From: the human T2T-CHM13v2.0 reference genome, Homo sapiens
Direction: 5' to 3' (one strand)
Length of the DNA: 64,000 nucleotides
Assembly: GCF_009914755.1 (NCBI RefSeq)
Contig: NC_060938.1
In this document: piece after piece, positions 18,896-31,135 of the stretch
Layout of the letters: the number at the start of each line of letters is the position of its first letter
How positions within the stretch are numbered: the stretch's first letter is position 1
Notes under the pieces: model-generated
The model's input: the letters and a program-made list of their open reading frames with translations, nothing else
Told to the model about the DNA's origin: nothing
Database searches by the model: none
Made by a program: the position numbers and the translations under genes

Positions 18896-20899
18896 TATGT
18901 GTACTTATAAATTCCTAAAGCCATTTTTTTTTCATTTATGCACAAATCCCAGTTACTAAGGTAAATGAGTTAATAGTAAGTTGGGACAATTTTTACAATA
19001 TGAATTAGAGAATGCAGGCTCTGTTAAAACAATAAAAGAGTGAGACAGGAAGAATGGCAAATTGTGAGAAAAGAATATTTAGTCTTCTAAAACAAACTCA
19101 GAAATTGAAGTGATATATGGTGATAGACAGCATAGTGGTAATTAGTTCAGTGCTATGAGGTACTTGAAAGTCTAGACTTTAGAAGGTGGAAGCTATCCGT
19201 GAACTAAGAAATAGGATGCCAGTGGTACAGGTGGAGACATCTTTCTGAGATCAGAGTTACAGGAAAAACAGGAAATGAGGTGGCAATTAAGTAATTGCTG
19301 CTGTCAAGACTATATTTTTTTTCAAGAAGACAGTCTAGGGCAAGGTCAAAGGTAAAGGTAAGGTTGAAAAATATAGGAATAAGATTTTTTTCCCTAGAAA
19401 AGTACATCTGAAAAAACCTCCATAGAGTTTATACAGGGGCAGCAATGCATACTTTGGAAACATACAAATTCTCAAACCTCACACTAGTAAATAATATGTT
19501 TTAGAATCACTTGTGAATACCTGCAATGGCCCCAGAATAGTACTAAGAAAACACCTTTTTCATCATGCTTTGGTACAAAGTATGCCAAATAATAAAATAC
19601 AGTCCTTGAAATTATTAAATATGTGCTTACACAGTGGACTATTCAAAGCCATTACAGGCTGGTAAACAAGTAATAAATGATCAAAAGTCCATAACTACAC
19701 ATTTATGTAATTCACAGCTGTCACCTTCAATGGATTAAATAATGTGACTTCTCAACCATGGTCTTTTAACCAATATTTATAACAGCTTAAATAGATTTTT
19801 GAAAATCTAATTTTGAATAAATATTAATCTTTTGCAAAAGGTGCTAAAATTAATATTTAGCCACTGTTTGTAAAAGCATTTCAGTATTGAATACTGTTGT
19901 TGCAAAATATTCTTTTATTGCATATAAAATATTCTATTTAATGATTAAATTAATCATAAAATAAAATTTTAAAAATGCAGGAAGATCATCACTTTTAATG
20001 TGTTCATTAATATTCAGTTGGGATTTATTTAAAACAAAATTGTTTCTTCAGACATTGTAAACTTTATTCACTACCTGGCAGTAGGTGTAAAATAAGAATT
20101 TACTTGTCAAGAGGGAAAAGAACATTAGAGTGGGTATCTATCTTTAAGAATTTAAGAGGATGCATTTCCAGTCAAATTTTCAAGGGTGATTAAAGCATTT
20201 AAATCTTAGAGTATTTTTAACTATATTTAAGAAGTTTATTTTATCATTTCATTCTTAGAATTTGTGAATAAGTCTCATTACTCACATTTCATGACAGAGA
20301 GTCAAAAGATCAAGCTGCCTTCTTATAATTTAAAAAGTCTCCATTATTCCTCCAGTAGACAGTTGAACATTTTTTAATGCTCTCTCTGGGGGTAAAACAA
20401 TTTTATTCATTGCGTTATCTCATCTGAAACTCTGTGTGGTAAAAGGTGGTACGAAAAGGATAAAATGTTGTGAGTCATTTTCAATGACCTCTTAACCATG
20501 CTGCCATTTTGCTTTGCTACCATTTCAGCTGCAATACTTGGTTATTGTTCTAGATTTTGGTTTTGCAGTACATAGCTCATGCCTTGAATGAACATAATAA
20601 AATGTAGAAAGCAATAAAGCATATCTGCCTGAACTACCTTTATCAGAGTAGTCCCTCTCTTTTTACTATAACTTTGCTATTTGGACTTTGCTATTTTAAT
20701 CCTATATATAAAAACATAGGAAATGTTGTTTATTAAGTTAGAAAATGTTTTTAATTTCTAATAATTAGAACCCTTACCAATGGCAATATCATACAGCAAA
20801 AAACTTTGTTTCTATTTTAGGGAGGAAGTTAAGGCTATTCAGAATTATGTCAAGCACACATCCATTCTTTGAACAACTCCTTCCTTTCTCCTACTCTCT

Positions 20900-21665
20900 C
20901 AGATTCTTTCTCTAGTGGTTCCTTTCCCTCAGTTTAAAAATATTTTTCCTTCACTAAACTTTTCTCTTGCTCTAAAACTATTTCCTTTCATTCTTCTGAC
21001 AAATTTTGTCCACTTTCTCTCTTCCTCTCAAAGACACTTACTGAGCAATTGGTTTCATACCAACTGTCTATGTTCCCATGTTCATTCTTCCATCCACTGC
21101 AACCTAGCTTCTGCTCCCATTTCTCTGCAGAGACTATTCTTGCTGAGCTCATTAGTGATTCAACCCAATGAACAGTTTAGTCCTTATCTTACCAGTCATT
21201 CCTGCAGTGAATATTAATGACTATGTTGTCTCTTGCAGATTTTCTGTTCTTTTATCTTTCATGGCATGATACTCACTTCTTCTTGTCCCCATTTTTCTTT
21301 CTTCTTCTGTCTCTCACACAATTTGACCCTTATGTAACCGCTATTTATCATTATATTGCTTTCTGTGAGATTTCATCCATTGTCATGATTTCAAGCATAT
21401 CTAAACTATGTGTACCTGATTCCCAAGTCTCTACTTCAAGCTCAGACTTTCTTCCACAATTAGACTATATATTACCTTGGACAAATGTTCTACAAGAGCC
21501 TGAAACTCAACAAGTCCAAAATGAAACACTATCTTTACCCTAAATGGGCTCATGTTTTATATTCTCTGCCTGATTTGGCAAGATCAATTTCTATTTCACC
21601 ACTATCACTAAAAGACTAATTCTTAACCTCTTTTAGTCTCTTTTCCTCTCTACACTCAATACCTC
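20900..21665 (+). mobile_element. L2 LINE fragment
   Basis: Pyrimidine-rich L2 motifs ccactgcaacctagcttctgctccc, tgattcccaagtctctacttcaagctcagac and ctgaaactcaacaagtccaaaatgaa. Confidence 0.8.
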
Positions 21666-21669
21666 TAAG

Positions 21670-21865
21670 TACTCTTTTCATCAGTTTTAGATGCATATTT
21701 CTGCATGTTTTAACAACTCTGAAATCAGGATGTATCATAACAAGCCACAATCAAAGTATTGTTCCAGTTTGATTAGCAGATATTTTATTACCTATTTGTA
21801 ACACAAAAAGACATATTGTGTCCTATGGTCCACTCCATGTGCCTTACATTAGGTGAAATCTAGTA
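21670..21865. mobile_element. MER104-like Tc2/mariner MITE
   Basis: ttcatcagttttagatgca...ttttaacaactctgaaatcaggatg...ccttacattaggtgaaatctagta, with degenerate TIRs and TA flanks. Confidence 0.6.
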
Positions 21866-21927
21866 CTTCACATATATATCTCAATATCTCCACTTCATGT
21901 CTACTCCTCTAATTCAACAGTCCTTAC

Positions 21928-22987
21928 ATTGAAAATTATAGAACACTGATGAAATAAATTAAAGCACACAGAAATAAATAGAAAGATACCCCATGTTCAG
22001 GAATTGCAAGAATTAATATTGTAAAAATATCTATACCACCCAAAGTGATCTACAGATTAAATGCAATTCCTACCAAAATTCTCATGGTATTTTTCACAAA
22101 AGTAGAAAAATAATCCTAAAATCTTTATGGAAGCACAAAGCAACCTCAGATAGGCCAGACCAATTCTGAGCAAGATTCACAAAGCAGGAGCCATCACATT
22201 TCCTGATTTCAAAATGTATTACAGAGCTAAATAACCAAAACAGTGTGGCACTGGCATTAAAACAGACATCTAAAACAATGGAACAGAATATAGAGCCCAG
22301 AAATAAACCCACGCATATAGGGTCAACTGATTATTGACAGGGGTGCTAGGAATACACAATGGGGATAGAACAGTCTTCAATAAAAGGTGTTGGGAAAACT
22401 GGAAATCCATATGCAAAAGAATGAAATTGGACTCTTTTCTTACACCATACAAAATGTCAACTAAACATGGAGTGATAAACACTTAAAATGTAAGAGCTGA
22501 AACGGTAGAACTCCTAAAAGAAAACACAGGGGGAAAACACCTGGATTTTAAGTTTAGCAGATTACATCAAACTTTAAAGTTTCTCTACAGTAAAGAAAAT
22601 AATCAATGAAATTAAAAGGCAACCTTGGAATGAGAGAAAATGTTTGCAATCTGAATATTGGATAAAGGGCTAATATTCAAAATATATAAGGAGCTCCAAC
22701 AATGCAATAGCAAAAATAAGCAAACACACAAGAACCAAATAACCAGATAAGAAAATGGTAAAAGGACATGAATAGATATGCAAAGGACCAACAGATATAT
22801 GGAAAGGTGCTCAATGTCACTAATCATCAGGGAAATGCAAATAAAAACCACAATGAGATATCACCTCACACCTGTTAGGATGGCTTTAATTAAAAAAAAA
22901 TAGATGCTGGTGAGGATGTGGAAAAAGGGAACCCTTGGACACTGTTGGTGAGAATGTAAATTGGCATAGCCTCTATGGAAAACAGTA
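21928..22987 (+). mobile_element. Old LINE-1 ORF2 fragment (L1MA/L1MB-like) with internal deletion
   Basis: Degenerate ORF2 3' sequence, e.g. cccaaagtgatctacagattaaatgcaattcc and gaaatgcaaataaaaaccacaatgagatatcacctcacacc. Confidence 0.9.
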
Positions 22988-23099
22988 AGACTCATGCAGT
23001 TTCCTTGCATGTGGTTGGCCTTCTCTCTCAAACTTCCGTAATCACTCATTCCCCACTTCTTACCTACCTGCCTTGATGAGGTGATCTCTAAACTAGGAC

Positions 23100-23460
23100 C
23101 TGTAGGATGTTAATTAGATTAAGAGAATAGCAAAGAATATTTTATACAATCTGACATGTGCAAAAATCCTGTGGCAGGAAGGATTGTAAAAAATGACCAG
23201 TGTAAGGTTGAAGTAGAAAGACAATGGGTATAAGCAGAGACTGGAAAGTAATATTGGCACCATAGAATGCAAAGCTTCATGGATCATATTATGGAGTTTT
23301 CCCCTTAACCTTAGGGCAATAGAAAACCACAGAAAAGTTTTAAATGTTGGGCACAGGAGGTTATATGGTGAGATATGCATTTTTTAAAAGTCCTTCTGTC
23401 TCAATTGGAGGGAAACTAGACTGAACACAGAAGATCAATTATGTTTCTTGCACAAATTAG
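23100..23460 (-). mobile_element. L2 fragment
   Basis: tgtgcaaaaatcctgtggcagga...ggcaatagaaaaccacagaaaagttttaa...agatatgcattttttaaaag. Confidence 0.7.
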
Positions 23461-23469
23461 GGGAAACAA

Positions 23470-23595
23470 CATGGTGTATAGGAAGAACACAGAACCTAGA
23501 GTTGAGCAGACTTGAGATCAATCCAGATCCCAGCATTTCTATAACATTGTGAGGATATGTAAGAACATATAAAAAGCTTAACAAACATTAGTTCT
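23470..23595 (+). mobile_element. MIR fragment
   Basis: catggtgtataggaagaacacagaacctagagttgagcagacttgagatcaatccag. Confidence 0.6.
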
Positions 23596-24269
23596 CTTTC
23601 ACCTCTCCCAAATTGGATTCTCCCCAACAAGGTGAGCAAATAACTATATGTTATGCAGAAAGCACATTCACTTTCAAATTTAAAACTTCACCCCAAGGCT
23701 TACATTTTTATATCTCAACATATTGTTTTTAATAGCTATAGTATTTCTTATCTTTATACTTTTTGCTTAACATAAAAAGTAAATTCCAGGCCTAAAACTT
23801 AATAAGTAGGTAGAGGTAAGCAGAGAAGATTACAATTTGGGCCAACCAGCATAAACTCTAACCCCTTAAACAATGCCTCCTTTTATGTACTGCACTTCAT
23901 ATGGGTATCAGAGTAGAACTGTGTAATGACAGCCCTAATAGCTACCAGTCGTAAAGAAACAACAGAGGAACAAATGTTGAGACTTGAAAGTTGGAAGGAT
24001 CAATAGCTAGATAGCATTTGTTATATGAGAGCTGAAATTAGATCTTCAAAGAAATACTGCCGAAAGCAAAATTAATTAGGTAATTTAGTATACCTCCAAA
24101 ATAACTTACTTTAAGATTTGAGTCCCAACATACACTATATATTTCTGTCACTACTAATCTCGTTTAAAGGATTTATCCAATCCAAACTTTGTTTATCTTC
24201 TGGCCATTTTATAGTTTAGGATACCCTCTCTAGTATAACTTTTATTAAATATCCTCTTTTTTGAGGATG

Positions 24270-24665
24270 TGTGTGTTTCAACTTCTCTGTGTAAGTTTCT
24301 TAAAGTCAGATAATATTTATCTTTTATCCCTAGCCTCTAGAAAATCATGTCGAACGTGGTGAATACTTACAGATATCAGTTGGCCAGGTAAACATGTCAA
24401 TTAATTTGGAGAGTCTCTGTTTAAATACCATTCAAGTATTACCTCTTCTGAAAGTCCTTTACTATCTACTTTTATCTTTCTCTTTTTTTCTCCATGGTGT
24501 GTATTGTTTTCTGCATTTCTATTCATTGTGCACTTATCTGTTGCCTGTTTCCCTGACCAGAACATGTACTGCATGAGGGCAGGCACTTCGTATTCCTCTC
24601 ATCTATATCCCCAGGGACTCACACAGAATAGATGCTCAAATATATTTGGTAAATGAATGAAATAC
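24270..24665 (+). mobile_element. L2 3'-end fragments
   Basis: tgagggcaggcac...tatatccccaggg...atagatgctcaaatatatttggtaaatgaatga is a typical L2 tail; a second tail-like piece lies at 24270-24380. Confidence 0.75.
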
Positions 24666-24795
24666 AGATTTAGTGTTTTCTCAGTGTTAACTTTTCATAT
24701 TTGTCAGTACTTGAAAATATGACAGCATTATTCTAGGAAATTGATATTATCTCATTATGATATATTAGGGCTCTCTAGAGAAAAAAAATATATAG

Positions 24796-25770
24796 TTTTT
24801 GTTATTTTTTCTTCAACTTTTAAGTTCAGAGGTACAGGTATAGGACATGCAGGTTTGTTACATATGTAAACAAGTGCCATGGTGGTTTGCTGCACAGACC
24901 AACCCATCACCTAGGTATTAAGCCCAGCAACCATTAGCTATTCTTCTTGATGCTCTCCCTCTCTCCACCCGACCCCCGCCTACAGGACCCAGTGTGTGTT
25001 GTTCCCTGCCATGTGTCCATGTGGTCTCATTATTCAGCTCCCACTTGTAAGTGAGAACATACCGTGTTTGGTTTTCTGTTCCTGCATTACTTTGCTGACC
25101 ATAATCGCTTCCAGCTTCATCCATATCCCTACAAAGGACATAATAATCCATGGTGTATATGTGCTACCTTTTCTTTATCCAGTGTATCATTGATGGATAT
25201 TTAAGTTGATTTCATGTCCGTGCTATTGTGAATTGTGCTGCAATGAAAATACACGTGCATGTATCTTTATAGCAGAATGATTCCTCTGGGTATGTACCCA
25301 GTAATGAATGACATTGCTGAGTCAATTTTTTCTGCCTCTAGGTCTTTGAGAAATCACCACACTGTCTTCCACAATGGTTGAACTAATTTACACTCCCACG
25401 AATGATGTAAAAGTGTTCTTTTTTCTCAGCAACTTCACCAGCATCTATAGTTTTTTGAATTTTTAATAATAGCTATTCTGACTGACATGAGATGGTATCT
25501 CATTGTGGTTTTGATTTGCATTTCTCTAATGATCAGTGATATTAAACTGTTTTTCATATGTTTATTGGCTGCATGTATGTCTTCTTTTGAGAAGTGTATG
25601 TTCATGTCCTCTGCTTGCTTTTTAATGGGGTTGTTTTTTTCTTGTAAATTTGTTTAAGTTCCTTATAGACTCTGGATATTAGACCTTTGTCAGATGGATA
25701 GATTGTGAAAATTTTCTTCCATTCTGTAGGTTGTCTGTTCACTCTGATGATAGTTTCTTTTGCTGTGGAA
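24796..25770 (-). mobile_element. 5'-truncated LINE-1 (L1PA10/11-like)
   Basis: Reverse 3'UTR (cccatcacctaggtattaagcccagc, tagctattcttcttgatgctctccct) and ORF2 peptide [16 protein letters not shown]. Confidence 0.92.
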
Positions 25771-25771
25771 A

Positions 25772-25773
<2 letters not shown>

Positions 25774-25820
<47 letters not shown>

Positions 25821-25905
25821 CACACACACACAGAGATGTATATATATATACATCTCTGTGTATATATATGTATGAATGTATATATATCACACATATACAC
25901 ACACA
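25774..25905. repeat. Compound (TG)n(TA)n(CA)n microsatellite with internal palindrome
   Basis: Seen directly; cacagagatgtatatatatatacatctctgtg is self-complementary. Confidence 0.9.
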
Positions 25906-26376
25906 GTCTGTTGGTTCCCCCTTTCTCTCTCTTGAGGTAGATATACGGAAAGATTTAGATATATATCTCTATCTGTCCATCTAGAGACATTTATTTTAAG
26001 GAAATTATTTATGCATTTATGAGACCTGGAAAGTCTGAAATGTTCCGGACAGGCCCACACGCTGCTATTCTTGCAATTCCTTCTTCTTCCAAGGATCTCA
26101 GTCTTTTGTCTTAAAGCCTTCAACTGATTGGATGAGGCTCACCCACATTATGGGAGGTAATCTGCTTTACTCAAAATCAACTGATTTAAATACTAATCAC
26201 ATCTCATACCTTCAAAGAAACATCTAGCCTGGCATTTGGCCAAACAACTGAGCACTATAGCCTACCTAAGTTGACACATAAAATTAACCATCACATGGGA
26301 GAAGAAACCTAATATCTAAGTCTTCTTTCTATCCCCTGGATTGCCAACAGGGAGCCTAAAAACTGCTTGCACAGCT

Positions 26377-26395
26377 GCCGCCAGCAGAGGGCACC
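26377..26395 (+). promoter_or_regulatory. CTCF core motif (candidate insulator/loop anchor)
   Basis: ccagcagagggcac at 26381-26394 matches CCASYAGRKGGCRS, in a GC-rich patch within AT-rich DNA. Binding is not demonstrated. Confidence 0.65.
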
Positions 26396-26422
26396 CTGAG
26401 GCACAGGTTTTGAGGGTCTTAA

Positions 26423-26595
26423 GTCTGTGCTCTACCTACTCTGCGTGGTCTGCAGCCCAACAGCACCTACACCACCTGGGACCTTGTTAGCGGTGCAGAA
26501 TCTCAGGCCCCATCCCAGATCTAGTGAATTAGAAACTGCATGTTAACAAGGTCGCCACGGCATTACTATGCACGTTAAGCAACTGCAATGTTCTT
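26423..26595. mobile_element. MER5A hAT-Charlie MITE
   Basis: cacctgggaccttgttag...tgcagaatctcaggccccatcccagatctagtgaattagaaactgcatgttaacaag. Confidence 0.85.
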
Positions 26596-27380
26596 CCCAG
26601 GAAATTCCAGACAAAGAAATCTATCTTAATATTCCACTCTCCATTTTGCATTATGGGCCACCACATAGGATAGAAAAGATACTTGTGCTGGTTGGCCTGT
26701 CTGCCTTTATTTAGGGAGAACACTTGGGCTCAATGAAAATCAGACGCATGAGAAGTAGGCATAGCCTTCACTTCAAGATAAGCCTTCAAGGAAGAAGCAG
26801 CCGGGTAGAAGGCCGACTGTGTTGCCTGTTGAAAGACAGGTTCTTGATATGAGTGCAACAGTTTCTAGCCACTGTGGCCTTGAAAAGTGTTTTTCCTTTG
26901 GATGTAGCTTCCTTATGTATATATTGGGACATTTGGATTAGCTCATAATCTTTAAACTGACTTCAAGCCCTGATATTCTGCTATTAGATGAAATAATATG
27001 CAGAAAAAAAAAACCTGTGAAAATGTGTGGTAAAAGGTAAGGTAATGATGAAGAGGACAACTGAATTTAGCTGCTGGGTGTTCTCATGGAAGAGGTAGCT
27101 TTTAACATATGGTATTATAGAATCACTGGTGTGCTTTGTTGCACAAGAAGAATTTCAAAGTCCCACAAAATGTCTACACATAAGATTTAACAAATTCTGA
27201 AATTTTATCTTTGAATTAAGAAAAAGTCAGTTTTTTAAACATATGCATACACTGATGAAGAGGCTTTTTTGAGAGACAATTTTTGCCTGGGTATAGATGG
27301 AGAGAGTATGCACACAGTTTGAATGAGATGGAAGAAGAATGAGAGTTTTTGGAGGAAATAAAATGGCTGAAAAATTAGAT

Positions 27381-28482
27381 TTATATATATATATATACAC
27401 ATATATGTGTATATATATGTATATGTGTATATACGTGTATATACGTATATACGTGTATATATACGTGTATGTGTATATATGTATATGTGTATATATACGT
27501 ATATGTATATATACATGTATATGTATATGTCTGTATATATGTATGTATGTCTACATACATATGTGTGTATATATGTATATACATATGTGTGTATATATAC
27601 ATATATACATATATACATGTGTGTATATATACATATATACATGTGTGTATATATACATATATACGTGTGTGTATATATACATATATACGTGTGTGTATAT
27701 ATACATATATACGTGTGTGTATATACATGTGTGTATATATACATGTGTGTATATATACATGTGTGTATATATACGTATATACATGTGTGTATATATACGT
27801 ATATACGTGTGTATATATACGTATATACGTGTGTATATATACGTATATACATGTGTGTATATATACCTATATACATGTGTGTATATATACGTATATACGT
27901 ACATGTGTGTATATATACGTATATACGTACATGTGTGTATATATACGTATATACGTACATGTGTGTATATATACGTATATACGTACATGTGTGTATATAT
28001 ACGTATATACGTACATGTGTGTATATATACGTATATACGTACATGTGTGTATATATACGTATATACGTACATGTGTGTATATATACGTATATACGTACAT
28101 GTGTGTATATATACGTATATACGTACATGTGTGTATATACGTATATACGTATATGTATATACACTACATACATATATACATATATGTATATATGTATACA
28201 TATATGTATATACGTATATATACATATATGTATACACATGTATACACACAATGTGCACACATGCATACACATATATGTGTACATACACATGTATACACAC
28301 GTATACACACATGTATACACACATATGTATACACACATATACGTATATGTATATATGTATACACACATGTATACAGATATGTATATATACATATATACGT
28401 GTGTGTGTGTATATATATACATGTATATGTGTGTATGTATATGTGTGTATGTATATACATGTATATGTGTGTGTATATATAT
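27381..28482. repeat. 1.1-kb alternating purine-pyrimidine VNTR containing a 28-bp minisatellite
   Basis: Nine consecutive acatgtgtgtatatatacgtatatacgt units at 27873-28124, flanked by 24-bp variants and degenerate TA/TG/CA repeats. Confidence 0.97.
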
Positions 28483-28779
28483 GAAAGAAGGTGCCAATCC
28501 AGGGTTTTGGGTTGAGTGCTTTGGGATACGCCACAATATAGGAATATGAGGTATGATGAGCAAGTGCTGGTCTCTAGAGTCTCAGAATTAACTGAAACCT
28601 AATTATTATATGATCTTAGGCCTGACTGTGATTGGAAACACTAGGATCTTCGATCGAGTTATTCTATGTAAATTTAACAAAATAAAGCTTCTAAGAAGGA
28701 ACTGCACTAAAGATTTGATGGGTCATGAGATGAGGTGGTATAATTAATACATTCACCCAGGTGCATTGACTTCAGTGTG

Positions 28780-29290
28780 GGATTTCTTTCCTTCATCAAC
28801 CACATTTATTCAATTAGCAAATCCCTTTTCTTCAAAATTGACCTTAATTCTCTCCTTAATTCTCTCTCTCTCTATGTTCCTCTATGTACAGGGCTACCTT
28901 AATGAGCAGCCAGGATGCCATCATCTCCGACCTGAATGACAATAACCTCCAAACCAGCCTTTGTATACTCCTTCCTGCTGCTCTGCAGTCCACTTCCACA
29001 GACCAGCCAACTGAATCTCCTTATAGGTAAAGCCCTGTCACACCTCTCCATTTTAAAATTTCCTATCAGACTTAGAATTCTAACTAAATTTGTTTCTGTG
29101 GCCAATCCTGTCTCTAATATCAGATTTCAATTTCCTGATCATTCAACATTTTATCAGACACATCGACCTCTGCCATTTGTCAAATACTAGATTCTTCTCT
29201 GCCCAAGAGTGTCTTCTTATGTAGGTATCTGCCCAAAACATCCTTTGCTGTTCTCCGTATGGTGGGCTACTTCTCACCTTCTAGGAAATA
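28780..29290 (+). mobile_element. L2 fragment
   Basis: catcatctccgacctgaatgacaataacctccaaac...cagtccacttccacagaccagcc...ctctgccatttg. Confidence 0.65.
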
Positions 29291-29739
29291 TTGTGCTTTA
29301 AGCCATCAAATAATCTATTATTAGAAAGGATTTGAACTCACCATCCAACATGTCTTGAGTAAAAGGATAGACAACTATTTAATTCCAAATTTCCTTAGGC
29401 ATATTCTGTTATTTATTTGGTTATCTTTGAAGTATAAGTCCAATATTTTCCTTTCTATGCACTCATTTCACTCATGAAAACTATAAATCAACAATGTTTT
29501 TGCGCTGTGTATTCATATGTACTGAGACTGCCATTTTCTCAAAGTACTCAGTGTATAAAAGCCAGGAATGCATACAAACTATTTAACAAGGAAAGAGGCT
29601 ATTATGATTTTCAATCAACTGGCTGGATCCTTTGTTCTCTAAACACCTTTAAGTGACTTTTCTAAGAAAATTTTCCCACCCAAATTAGGGTAAGAGCTAT
29701 GAATGTATAAAACAGGGAATGGGCATGGCAGAAGGAACC

Positions 29740-30110
29740 AGATTTACGTTGGTTTCACAGAAAGCCTTTCTGAGTGACATTTAAGCTTAGACCTAAAGTT
29801 TGAGAGGGAGTCAGCTAAGAAATAAGAAAAGGGAAGAGCATTTCAGACAGAGAAGAGCATGCCTAAAGATATTGAGGGAAGGAGTCTGGTATTTCCTAGG
29901 AGCTGAATGAGGAGGTGTGGGTGAAAAGCAGCAAACATAAGGGGTGGAGGAGACAGGGCTAGTAGATGAGAATAGGCAGGAGATAGATCTTTCAGTACTT
30001 GAGAGGACATGTTAGGAGACTTGGAGTTTATTTTAGCTGCCCTGGTTAGCCACTGGAAGTGTTAGGCAGGGAGTGACACGATCCTATTTGCTTTATAAGA
30101 ATCTCACTAT
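29740..30110 (-). mobile_element. L2 fragment
   Basis: gtgacatttaagcttagacctaaag...gaagagcatttcagacagagaagagcatgcctaaag...ggcagggagtgacacgatc. Confidence 0.8.
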
Positions 30111-30439
30111 ATTTACCCATATTCTACACAGATAAAAATATGTAAATTGATTTGCTCTGATCTTTCATCATGATTTACATGTTAAAGATTTCTGTGTTAG
30201 ATATCAATTACTTCTGAAAACTAAAATTTCTTCTTTAATATTTAGTGAAGATCTTTGAGTGAAAGCAATACATGTAAACAGCTAGGGAAAATAAGGAAGA
30301 AAGTTACATTGTCACACTCAACATTTTAGACAAAACCATCTATGCTATCATTGTAGCACCTAAACAAGTCTAGACAGTTTCTATGTATTTCCAGATTTCT
30401 GTTTTTTGTTAATGTTTTAATATAATCATTTTCCTGTAT

Positions 30440-31135
30440 TTAATAATTCTTCTTTTAACTAACACACTGCACAGCAATTTATTATATGGTTAGGTTATAC
30501 ATTACTGGGCAGTTAGGTTGTTTCTTTTTAAATTCTTTTGATTAAAAACATTTGGTGAGTAGTTTATTTATATATAGATATTTGACTATATTTCTAATTA
30601 TTTTATTGGCTTAGATTCTCAGAAGTGGAATTATTGGGTTAAATACCACAGATGCTTTTAAAGACTTTGTTACGCTTGTGTTTGGGCATGCTTGTCATCC
30701 TATCCCAATACATGCACTGAACATTACATCTATTTCAAACCTTTAAAATTAGAAAGGTAGCTTTTGGCGTCTTCTAGAGGTTTTTTTATTGTTGTTTTAA
30801 TTTTTATTTCTTCATTACCTTTGGTTTAAAAATTTTGTTTGTTAGTGATTTATACTACTTCTTTTCTAAATTATTCATGTCCTTTGAATATTCCTGTAAG
30901 GGGACTTATTAACATTTTGTTTGTTGATTTGTAAGTTCGTTATAAATATTTTCAGGTTCTTCTTTGGCTTGTTAATTTTGCTTGTAGGTTTTTGTGATTT
31001 GCAGATATATATTTTATATTTGAATGGAATCACATCTAGAATTCTCCTTTATGAACATTGCTGTAAAGTCTAGAAAGTTTTTCTCCATCAAAATATTCAA
31101 TGAGTTTTCATATCTATTTTCTTAGTTTTTTTGAA
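30440..31135 (-). mobile_element. Ancient L1M fragment
   Basis: tgggcagttaggttgtttc, tagattctcagaagtggaattattgggttaaa and ttcatgtcctttg are reverse L1 ORF2 3' motifs. Confidence 0.7.

Larger units (their letters stand above)
24761..26295 (-). mobile_element. MLT2 (ERVL) solo LTR, split by an L1 insertion (pieces 24761-24795 and ~25775-26295)
   Basis: Ends tatattagggctctctagagaaa and gttgacacataaaattaaccatcaca; internal aagccttcaactgattggatgaggctcacccacattatggg. Confidence 0.85.

Noticed and set aside
27873-28124. 28-bp repeat as a CRISPR-like array
   Set aside because: Head-to-tail repeats with no spacers, no cas genes, and a mammalian context.
27235-28563. Overlapping 327-442 aa ORFs on both strands
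   Set aside because: Artefact: every stop codon needs two adjacent purines, which strict purine-pyrimidine alternation excludes. The products are low-complexity Y/I/V/C/T/H/M repeats.
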